Positions 44,640 through 51,993 of a DNA stretch of 64,000 nt are shown here, piece by piece. The position numbers were made by a program, and so were the translations under genes. The notes under the pieces were generated by a model. The model had not been told where the DNA came from. It did not search any database and worked only from the letters and a program-made list of their open reading frames with translations. Position 1 is the stretch's first letter, and each line of letters starts with the position of its first letter. This stretch comes from Gemmatimonadota bacterium (GTDB lineage Bacteria > Gemmatimonadota > Gemmatimonadetes > Gemmatimonadales > GWC2-71-9): contig QHTZ01000067.1 of assembly GCA_003221005.1 (NCBI GenBank), positions 38,116 through 102,115 on the forward strand. The letters run 5' to 3'.

Positions 44640-44798
44640 ATGGCCTGGCACCTCCTCGGTACCCGCGACGAGCTGCTCACTCGAGCCCTCGACTGCTGGA
44701 AGATTCTCGACCAGAACCGGGCGATGATGGACAAGCCGATGGAGCGCGCCGGCCGCAAGGGCAACCCGCTCGAGAACCCCGAGGAGGCGCTCGTATGA
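44640..44798 (+). CDS. Unannotated 52-aa ORF translationally coupled to the next gene
   Basis: AGGAG lies 6 nt upstream of the ATG. The ORF encodes MAWHLLGTRDELLTRALDCWKILDQNRAMMDKPMERAGRKGNPLENPEEALV with high GC3. Its TGA overlaps the downstream ATG (ATGA at 44795-44798). It is below the ORF-track size cutoff. Confidence 0.5.
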   Translation: MAWHLLGTRDELLTRALDCWKILDQNRAMMDKPMERAGRKGNPLENPEEALV

Positions 44799-45256
44799 GC
44801 AGGCGGATGGAGATCGCGCGGGCTTACGAGAAGGCGCTGTTCGCGGGCGACCGCGGCGGCGTCGGTCAGCGTTTCACGGACGACATCGTGTACTGGGTGG
44901 CGGGCGCAACCGGGCGCGCCGGGCGCCCGCCCATCGGCGGCGAGTGGAAGGGCCGGGAGCGGGTGCTGGACGCGCTCTGGAACCGCGAGGCCGGCCTGGG
45001 CGCGGCCGACTGGACCTCCGAGGACACGTGGCGGGAGTGGTACGAGGCGGACGACCGCGTGATCGTCGAGATCCGCGAACGCAGCTGGCTCAAGAGCGAC
45101 CTGCGCGACGTGATGGACCAGCGCACCTGCGTCGTGATCAGGTTCCGAGGCGACCGGATCTGCGAGATGCGGGAGTACACGGACAGCCACATCTACGAGG
45201 AGTTCTTGAAGCGGCACCGGAGCGAGCTGCCGAAATTCGCCGAGCGCAAGACGTAG
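44795..45256 (+). CDS. NTF2/SnoaL-like fold protein
   Basis: MSRRMEIARAYEKALFAGDRGGVGQRFTDDIVYWV...CVVIRFRGDRICEMREYTD. Confidence 0.6.
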   Translation: MSRRMEIARAYEKALFAGDRGGVGQRFTDDIVYWVAGATGRAGRPPIGGEWKGRERVLDALWNREAGLGAADWTSEDTWREWYEADDRVIVEIRERSWLKSDLRDVMDQRTCVVIRFRGDRICEMREYTDSHIYEEFLKRHRSELPKFAERKT

Positions 45257-45274
45257 GAGAGGAGCATGCTCCGT

Positions 45275-45297
45275 TCACACGCTGAAGCGTGTGATTT
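45275..45297 (+). terminator. Rho-independent terminator
   Basis: TCACACGC-tgaa-GCGTGTGA followed by TTT. Confidence 0.6.
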
Positions 45298-45327
45298 GGC
45301 AGCGCGAGGTACGGGTCCTGAGCCCCG

Positions 45328-46557
45328 TTACGGGTCGAACCGGTCCAGCTTCCGGTCCCGCCGCCGCGCGAGCCAGTAGAGCGGCACGCCCAGGATCAGC
45401 GTCGCCCCTGAGGCGACCCACGCCTCAGCGATCCCCCGTGTGCGCGCGAGCCATCCCCATCCCGTCTGCCCGGCCACGCCACCCACGTTCGCGAAGAATG
45501 AATCGAGCGAGATGATCGTGGCTCGCTGCTGCGACGGGATGTGGGCGTTGAGATAGCCCTGCTTCACCGGCATCCCCACGCCGAGTGCCATGCCATAGAC
45601 GAGGTACAGCCCCACCACCACGTAGAAGTCCCGCAGCAGGCCGCACAGGACTACCGTGACCACCTGCACGACCACTGACGCGATCAGCATTCCGGTGCGC
45701 GAGCGAACGACGCGCGACAGCGGCACGACAAGCGCATTGCCGGCGATCAGCGTGAGCGACGTGAGCGCGGCGATCACCCCCGACACCCACACCGCCTCCC
45801 GCCCCAGCAGGTCCAGGAAGTAGCGCTGCCAGCTGTAGAAGCCGAAGATCATAAAGCTCATCGAGACGAGCGACCCGAGCATCAGCGGCCGGACCACCGG
45901 GTGGTGCAAGCCGTAGCGCATGCCCTCCACGAACACGCGCCGCATCTCCGCCGGCACGCGCGACAACGCGAGCGCACGCGGGGTGTAGCCGAGCTCGCGC
46001 ATCCCGAACCAGGCCAGCGCGAACAACGGCACCACGATTCCCGCCCGCACGAGGTAGGGCACGGCGAGATCGATCTGACCCAGCAAGCCGCCGGCGAGGG
46101 TACCGACCAGCATCGCCGCGCCGAACGCCATCTGACCGCGCGCGAACACCGGCTCGAGCGGCGCGGTGTACCCCGTCGCCTTGAGAGCGTCGACCAGCCA
46201 TGCGTCCACCGCGCCGGTGTAGAACGTGTAGCCGAGTCCCAGAAACACCGACACGGCGGCGAACGGCCAGAAGCCCCACCCGAGCCGCGCGATCGCCACG
46301 TAGCAGAGTGTGGTGACGAACAAGGTGGCGAGGCACAACAGCAGCGAAATACGCCGCCCGAGGGTGTCGGCGACGACGCCGGTGGGGATCTCGAACAGGA
46401 CGTTGCCCAGCGTGAACGCGGCATTCGTGAGCATCACCTGGAAGATGTCCAACCCCGCGTGGAGCTTGAACAGCGTGTCGATGCCCCAGATCAGGGACAT
46501 CGCCAGGTTGAAGAGCCCGGTGATCAGCAGGTAGACGCGGATGATCTGTGCGCTCAC
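45328..46557 (-). CDS. MFS transporter
   Basis: 409 aa with 12 TM-like segments. GVVADTLGRRISL motif. The GTG overlaps the upstream stop (GTGA). Confidence 0.8.
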   Translation of the reverse strand: MSAQIIRVYLLITGLFNLAMSLIWGIDTLFKLHAGLDIFQVMLTNAAFTLGNVLFEIPTGVVADTLGRRISLLLCLATLFVTTLCYVAIARLGWGFWPFAAVSVFLGLGYTFYTGAVDAWLVDALKATGYTAPLEPVFARGQMAFGAAMLVGTLAGGLLGQIDLAVPYLVRAGIVVPLFALAWFGMRELGYTPRALALSRVPAEMRRVFVEGMRYGLHHPVVRPLMLGSLVSMSFMIFGFYSWQRYFLDLLGREAVWVSGVIAALTSLTLIAGNALVVPLSRVVRSRTGMLIASVVVQVVTVVLCGLLRDFYVVVGLYLVYGMALGVGMPVKQGYLNAHIPSQQRATIISLDSFFANVGGVAGQTGWGWLARTRGIAEAWVASGATLILGVPLYWLARRRDRKLDRFDP

Positions 46558-47423
46558 GGAACGTGCGCCTCGAGCCAGTCGTGCGCGATCGCCCGGATGT
46601 CCTGGTGCTGCACGTCGGCCAGCGCATTCAAGCGCCGCATCTCGTCGTCCGAGATCTTGCCGGTCAGCTCGCCGAGCGCGGCCGCCACCTCGGGATGGCG
46701 CCGCAACACCACTTCACGCGCGACGACCGCGGCTTCGTAGGGAGGGAAGTAATGCCGATCGTCTTCCAGGGCGACGAGATCGAGCGCGGCGATCTGACCG
46801 TCCGTCGAGTTGCCGGCGATCATGTCCACCTTTCCGTCGGCGAGCGCGCGGTAGGTGAGTCCCAAGTCCATCGCGGTCGGAGGCGCGCGGAAGGCAAGCC
46901 TGTACACCTGCGACAGCCCGGCGAATCCGTCTGCGCGCTCCAGGAACTCGTAACCGAACCCCGCCTTCCACCGCGGCGCGACGCGCGCCACGTCGGAGAT
47001 CCGCGTCAGGCCATATTGCCGCGCTTCCGTCCGGCGGATCAGAATCGCGAACGTGTTGTTGAAGCCGAACGGCGCGAGCCACCGCAGGCCGAAGCGTGCC
47101 GCATAGTCGCGCGCCACGACTCGCGCCACGCTGTCCCGATCGCTCACCGGGGGGTGCTTGAGCACCGCCGTGAACGCGGTGCCCGTGTACTCGGGATAGA
47201 GATCGATCTGTCCCGCGACGATCGCCTGATGACACACGAACGTGCCACCCAGGTGCAGGCGTCGCTCCACGGGCAGGTGCGCGCGCCGCTCGATCTGCTG
47301 CGCCACGAGCTCGGCGAGCAAGTCGGACTCCGTGAAGTTCTTGGCGCCCACGACGATCCGGTCGTGCCGGGCACACGAACTTGCTGCGGAGAGCGCGAGC
47401 ACCGCGGCGAGCAACGCGAGCAT
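46554..47423 (-). CDS. Quaternary-amine (glycine betaine/choline type, OpuAC-fold) ABC substrate-binding lipoprotein
   Basis: Lipobox LSAASSC. IVVGAKNFTESDLLAELVAQQIE...IDLYPEYTGT is typical of OpuBC/OsmX-type binding proteins. The start could be further upstream (up to 47525). Confidence 0.75.
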   Translation of the reverse strand: MLALLAAVLALSAASSCARHDRIVVGAKNFTESDLLAELVAQQIERRAHLPVERRLHLGGTFVCHQAIVAGQIDLYPEYTGTAFTAVLKHPPVSDRDSVARVVARDYAARFGLRWLAPFGFNNTFAILIRRTEARQYGLTRISDVARVAPRWKAGFGYEFLERADGFAGLSQVYRLAFRAPPTAMDLGLTYRALADGKVDMIAGNSTDGQIAALDLVALEDDRHYFPPYEAAVVAREVVLRRHPEVAAALGELTGKISDDEMRRLNALADVQHQDIRAIAHDWLEAHVP

Positions 47424-47550
47424 GCCGGCCCGGCGTTTCCCGTGCCCTGAAGGGCCGGCTCGGCGTAAACGCGCGTCTTTAAAGACGCGACCTCGGCCGA
47501 GCCGGCGTTTCAACGCACGGACCACACGTGAGGCCAGGTGGGAGTCCTGC

Positions 47551-48180
47551 TCACCTTGCCCGCCACACCAGCCGCCGCTCGAGCAGCGCGAACAGGCCGT
47601 CCGCCGCCAGCGCCATCAGCGCCGCCGGGATCGCGCCCGCGAGGATCAAGGTGTCGTCCACCACCGCCACGCCGCGGAAGACGTAGACGCCGAGCCCGCC
47701 CGCGCCGATCGCGGCGCCGATCGTAGCCACGCCCACGCTCACGACCGTCGCGACGCGCACACCCGCGAGAATGACCGCCGCAGCGAGGGGCAGCTCCACC
47801 AGCCGCAGCAGCTCGGCGTCCGTCATCCCCATGCCGCGACCGGCTTCGCGGATGGCTGGGTCCACGCCCGCGATTCCCGTGTAGGTGTTGCGCACGATGG
47901 GGAGTAGCGCGTACACGATCAGCGCGGTGATCGCCGTCCAGAACCCGATGCCGAAGATCGGAATGAGGATCCCGAAGAGCGCGAGGCTCGGGATCGTCTG
48001 GAACACCCCCGCGAGCCCGAGCACGGGGGGCCGCCACGCGGGTCGGCGGGTGAGCACCACGCCGAGGGGAATCCCCACGAGTGCCGCGGCACCGGTCGAG
48101 AGTACCACCAAGACGAGGTGCTGACCGACGAGACCGAGTGCCTCATGGGCGTTGCGCGCGAAGAACGCTACCAACCTCAT
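47551..48180 (-). CDS. ABC transporter permease (OpuBB-like)
   Basis: 209 aa, 5-6 TM, with an EAA-like loop IREAGRGMGMTDAELLRLVELP. Confidence 0.8.
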   Translation of the reverse strand: MRLVAFFARNAHEALGLVGQHLVLVVLSTGAAALVGIPLGVVLTRRPAWRPPVLGLAGVFQTIPSLALFGILIPIFGIGFWTAITALIVYALLPIVRNTYTGIAGVDPAIREAGRGMGMTDAELLRLVELPLAAAVILAGVRVATVVSVGVATIGAAIGAGGLGVYVFRGVAVVDDTLILAGAIPAALMALAADGLFALLERRLVWRAR

Positions 48181-48929
48181 GCCGCCTCCAGGAAGCGGCG
48201 GACCTCGGGGTGCTCGTTGCGACGGAATTCGTCGGGGGTACCGAGGAACAGCAGCCGTCCCGCATGCATCAACCCGATGCGCGTCCCCAGGAGCAGCCCC
48301 TCCCGCACGTCGTGGGTCACGAACACCATGCCCTTTCCCAGCCGCCCCTCGAGGGCGCGGAATTCCTGCTGCAGTTCGAAGCGCGTAATGGGATCGAGTG
48401 CGCCGAACGGCTCGTCCAGGAGCAGCAGCGGCGGGTCGGCAGCGAGCGCGCGCGCCACCCCGACCCGCTGCCGCTGACCGCCCGAGAGCTGGTGCGGATA
48501 GCGTCCACCGAACGCCTCCGGGTCGAGCCCCACGAGCGCGAGCAGCTCGCGCACCCGGGCCGCGATCCGCTCTGGAGGCCAGCGTTCGAGCCGCGGCACG
48601 AGTCCCGCGTTCTCGGCCACCGTGAAATGCGGCAGCAGACCCACCTCCTGAATCACGTAGCCGATCCGCCGCCGCAGCGACGTGGGCTCGAGCGCCGCGG
48701 TCCGCTGCCCCGCCACCAACACCTCCCCCACCGAAGGCTCGAGCAGACGGTTGATGAGCTTAAGTGTGGTCGTCTTCCCAGAGCCGCTGCGGCCGAGGAG
48801 CACGAGGGTCTCTCCTGCACCCACAGTGAAGGACACGTCCCGGACGATCGGCAGGACCCGTCCCTCCTCCCCCGTCCCTCTTCCCGGCAACGTATAGCCG
48901 AGTCCCCGGACCTCGAGCACGGCGCTCAT
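48177..48929 (-). CDS. ABC transporter ATP-binding protein
   Basis: Walker A GRSGSGKTT, signature LSGGQRQRV, Walker B LLLLDEP. The ATG at 48927-48929 overlaps the upstream stop (ATGA). Confidence 0.9.
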   Translation of the reverse strand: MSAVLEVRGLGYTLPGRGTGEEGRVLPIVRDVSFTVGAGETLVLLGRSGSGKTTTLKLINRLLEPSVGEVLVAGQRTAALEPTSLRRRIGYVIQEVGLLPHFTVAENAGLVPRLERWPPERIAARVRELLALVGLDPEAFGGRYPHQLSGGQRQRVGVARALAADPPLLLLDEPFGALDPITRFELQQEFRALEGRLGKGMVFVTHDVREGLLLGTRIGLMHAGRLLFLGTPDEFRRNEHPEVRRFLEAA

Positions 48930-49879
48930 TGCGCCCCCGCCCCCACCAGCACCATTTGAAAGCGGCCGTCTTCGCTCGTCCCGCGCCAGCGCTGCCCGAG
49001 GCCGGCATCTCGCAGGATTCGCAGGAACGTGTCGGCGTCGTACTTGTACGAGTGGTTCATTTCCAGCCGCTCGCCGGCACCGAGGGTCAGGGACTCTCCG
49101 CCGAGCCGGGCGGCGACGTCGCGGGTCGCCCGGAAGTGCTTGGTGAGGGGATGCAGCCCGGGGACGCGCGCGTCCTCGCGGTCCTCGAACACGAGCTCGC
49201 CGTCGGCCTCGGTGATCCCGACGGCGTGGAGCGGCGCCCACGCGAAGCGCCGGTTCAGGGGGTTGTCATAGCCAGCGACGGTGGCCTGGGCGGCGTAGAT
49301 CTCGCCGTCCACGAGGAGCAGGTCGTCCCCGCGGAGCAGTTTCCGCAGGGCCCGCGTCTCGACCAGCGGATCGAATGCGCCGAGGGTGTTGCCCAGGAGC
49401 AAAATCAGGCGCGGCGGCGTTTCGGGATTAGGCGCCAGTGCAGTGAGGTGGTCGGTCCGTGTGAAGTCGGCCTTGACGCCCTGGGCGGGGAGCCCCGCGG
49501 CGACGGCGCCCTGACACGCGAGCTCGAGCAACGCCTGGCTCGTGTCTACGGGCGTGTAGGAGACGCGGATCCCGTGGGGTCGCAGCGCTTCGATGAGAAG
49601 CAGGTCCTTGTCCCCCTGCCCCGAGCCCAGGCTCAGGACCTCGAGCGGGCCGGGGGGTATGTAGCCAGCGAGGTCGGCGGCGGACCGAGCGATGAGCGAG
49701 CGCGACCGCACGTAGTTCCGGTAGGCGCCGTCCGAGCAGAGGGCGAGCCAGGCTCGGACGGACAGCGGAAACCAATAGAAGAATTTCTCCGGGAGCCGAC
49801 GCGCGCGAAACGCGGCGACGAACTCGTCGGCGAGCGCGGTCTCGGTAAGTAGCGTGTGAGTGACGATCACGGAGTTCAA
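48926..49879 (-). CDS. Methyltransf_33 / EgtD-family SAM-dependent N-methyltransferase (divergent)
   Basis: LPEKFFYW..., LSLGSGQGDKDLLLIEAL, LLLGNTLGAFDP and ...LEMNHSYKYDADTFLRILRDAGL follow the layout of histidine N-alpha-methyltransferase-type enzymes. The His-binding N-terminal motifs are not well conserved. Confidence 0.55.
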   Translation of the reverse strand: MNSVIVTHTLLTETALADEFVAAFRARRLPEKFFYWFPLSVRAWLALCSDGAYRNYVRSRSLIARSAADLAGYIPPGPLEVLSLGSGQGDKDLLLIEALRPHGIRVSYTPVDTSQALLELACQGAVAAGLPAQGVKADFTRTDHLTALAPNPETPPRLILLLGNTLGAFDPLVETRALRKLLRGDDLLLVDGEIYAAQATVAGYDNPLNRRFAWAPLHAVGITEADGELVFEDREDARVPGLHPLTKHFRATRDVAARLGGESLTLGAGERLEMNHSYKYDADTFLRILRDAGLGQRWRGTSEDGRFQMVLVGAGAQ

Positions 49880-49889
49880 GAGTTACCGG

Positions 49890-49918
49890 TTGACGGGTCT
49901 GGCGGCAACCCGTATGCT
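49890..49918 (+). promoter_or_regulatory. Sigma70-like promoter for the peptide/AKR/DUF692 operon
   Basis: TTGACG, a 17-nt spacer, then TATGCT. It sits in a locally lower-GC divergent intergenic region. Confidence 0.45.
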
Positions 49919-49969
49919 ACGTTTCGTCTGCCGTCGTCTGATTTCCACGTAAAGACGGAGGATATTCGC

Positions 49970-50062
49970 ATGCAGATCGTCGAGACGCAGGAGCTCGTGC
50001 CCACCTGTCATCGGCCTGAGGTCGTGGAGACGAGCGAGCTGCAGCCAACCTGTCACTCCTGA
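49970..50062 (+). CDS. 30-aa candidate RiPP precursor with two tandem ETxELxPTCH units
   Basis: GGAGG lies 9 nt upstream of the ATG. The ORF encodes MQIVETQELVPTCHRPEVVETSELQPTCHS. It is first in an operon with a DUF692 enzyme and RRE-like domains. Confidence 0.6.
   Translation: MQIVETQELVPTCHRPEVVETSELQPTCHS
49982..50056 (+). repeat. Two 30-nt direct repeats (45-nt period) encoding the ETxELxPTCH units
   Basis: gagacgcaggagctcgtgcccacctgtcat and gagacgagcgagctgcagccaacctgtcac. Confidence 0.8.
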
Positions 50063-50076
50063 CGCAGGGCGGCTGG

Positions 50077-51201
50077 ATGCAAGAGGGGGCCCGGACCGAT
50101 TTCGGGCCCCTTTCGCGTTTCCTGGGCACGGAGGCGCGACTGGGGTTCGGGGGCTGGGCGGTGGGCGGCGCGGGCTGGGGGACGCCAGACGACACGCACG
50201 AGCGCGAGGCCGCGATCCGGCGCGCCGTCGAGCGGGGCGTCACGTTCTTCGACACCGCGCCGACGTACGGTGACGGCGAGTCCGAGCGACTGCTGGGCCG
50301 CGCGCTCGGAACCGTGCGCGAGCGGGTGGCGATCGCCACCAAGGTCGGCCCGCGCGACGATCCACGCGCCTCACTCGAAGCGTCGCTGCGCCGCCTCACC
50401 ACGGACTGCGTGGACCTGGTGCAGCTGCACGAAGCGCTCGAACGGTGGGAATGGCAACTCGAAGCGCTCTATCGGCTGCAGCTCGAGGGAAAGGCCCTCG
50501 CGATCGGGCTCTGCAACGCCACTCACCTGCAGGTCGCGCGGGCGCTGACCATCGCTCCCCTGGCGACGTATCAGGGCACCTACAACCTGTTCGATCGCGA
50601 CGTAGAAGAGCGCGAGCTGCCACTGTGCCGCGAACGTGGCCTCGCGTTCCTGGCATTCCGGCCGCTCGCCGCAGGCCTGCTCACCGGCAAGTACCGGGAG
50701 CCTCCCGCCTTCCCGGACGATGACCACCGCCGCAAGGTCTATTGGTTCAAGGGGAAGGAGTTCGAGCGCCGCCAGCGGACGATCGAGCGGCTGCGGCGCG
50801 TTGCGCGCCGGGAGGGCGTGTCGCTGCTCGAGCTCGCCCTGGGGTGGCTGCGCGCGCGGCCGGGGGTGAACATGGTCCTGGTGGGCGCGAGAAACCGGTC
50901 GCAGGTCGAGGAGGCGTTCGTCCCGGGCGTCGGGCCGCTGACAGCGGACACGGTGAACGAGATCGACCTCATAGTCCGCGAGGTCTTCCGCCCGGGCCGC
51001 GGCACGGCGCAACTCGAGCGGGCGGCCGCGACGTGGGGAGAGCGCGAGCGCTTCATCGCGGCGCGGCTCGACGGGAAGACTCGCTACGAAGCGATCGCCG
51101 CCGAGTGGACCGACCGCGGCGAACAGCCGATGATCGCGGCGCAGATCAAGGTGTTCGTGGACCAGTTGGCTGAGCAACGGTTGGTTGACGCCGACGGCTG
51201 A
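50077..51201 (+). CDS. Aldo/keto reductase with a C-terminal PqqD/RRE-like extension
   Basis: AKR core FFDTAPTYGDGESERLLG, IATKVG and VDLVQLHE (Asp/Tyr/Lys/His all present). An extra tail of about 55 aa reads ERERFIAARLDGKTRYEAIAAEWTDRGEQPMIAAQIKVFVDQLAEQRLV. Confidence 0.75.
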   Translation: MQEGARTDFGPLSRFLGTEARLGFGGWAVGGAGWGTPDDTHEREAAIRRAVERGVTFFDTAPTYGDGESERLLGRALGTVRERVAIATKVGPRDDPRASLEASLRRLTTDCVDLVQLHEALERWEWQLEALYRLQLEGKALAIGLCNATHLQVARALTIAPLATYQGTYNLFDRDVEERELPLCRERGLAFLAFRPLAAGLLTGKYREPPAFPDDDHRRKVYWFKGKEFERRQRTIERLRRVARREGVSLLELALGWLRARPGVNMVLVGARNRSQVEEAFVPGVGPLTADTVNEIDLIVREVFRPGRGTAQLERAAATWGERERFIAARLDGKTRYEAIAAEWTDRGEQPMIAAQIKVFVDQLAEQRLVDADG

Positions 51202-51207
51202 CCGCTG

Positions 51208-51993
51208 ATGGCTCTCATGGTCGGGGCGTTCTACAACCCTCAGCTCGGCGCTGAGCTCGCTGCGGCGAAGGGCATCGACCACCTCGCCATGGCCGACCCG
51301 CCGGCAGCACACGATGCGCACTGGCCCACCATCCGCGAGCGCTACACGCTGCTGCTCCACGACTACCTCGGCCAGCTCTCCGAGCCGCTCGATGAACGCT
51401 CGATCGAGCGTGCCCGCTCCCTCGCTACGTTGTACCGCACACCGTGGATCGCCGAGCATTTCCAGTGCCTGCACACGGAAGACGGGCGCTACAACATCAA
51501 CTACGTGTTCCCGCCGCTCTACACCGACGAGTTTCTGGAGCGTTTCGTCGCCAACGCACGCGCGCTCCAGGCGCGGCTCGAGCAGCCGCTCGTGATGGAG
51601 AACATCCCCGGCTTCTTCGACGTCAAGGCGAGCCAGCTCCCGGAGCCTGTCTGGCTCGCGCGTTTCTTCGACGCGACCGAGGTCGGCTTTCTGCTCGACC
51701 TGCCGCACGTTTGGCTCGAGGCCCACTACCGCGGCATGAAGCCTGAAGCGTGGCTCGCGCAATTCCCGCTCGAGCACGTAGTCGAGCTGCACGTGGCCGG
51801 CGTCGAGGAGGACGAGGACCTGCGAGGTCCCTGGATCGCGCCCACCGCCCCGTCGGAGGCCATGCTCGCGTTTCTGGCGCACGCCGTCACTCGCTGTCCC
51901 CGGGCCAAGGCTGTCACGTTCGACGCATTTTCGCCGTCGCTCACCGCCGACGTGCTGTTCCGGAGCGTTGAACGGATCCGGGGGGCGCTGTGA
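51208..51993 (+). CDS. DUF692-family TIM-barrel enzyme (MNIO; MbnB/TglH/ChrH/BufB family)
   Basis: LLLHDYLGQLSEPLD, TPWIAEHF, LVMENIPGFF and GFLLDLPHVWLEAHYRG...VVELHVAG follow the DUF692 motif order. Confidence 0.7.
   Translation: MALMVGAFYNPQLGAELAAAKGIDHLAMADPPAAHDAHWPTIRERYTLLLHDYLGQLSEPLDERSIERARSLATLYRTPWIAEHFQCLHTEDGRYNINYVFPPLYTDEFLERFVANARALQARLEQPLVMENIPGFFDVKASQLPEPVWLARFFDATEVGFLLDLPHVWLEAHYRGMKPEAWLAQFPLEHVVELHVAGVEEDEDLRGPWIAPTAPSEAMLAFLAHAVTRCPRAKAVTFDAFSPSLTADVLFRSVERIRGAL

Noticed and set aside
49856-49969. The 68-aa version of the peptide ORF, starting at the GTG at 49856.
   Set aside because: It would start upstream of the predicted promoter and overlap the 5' end of the divergent methyltransferase gene. 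The internal ATG at 49970 has a GGAGG RBS. I cannot fully exclude a longer leader without transcript data.
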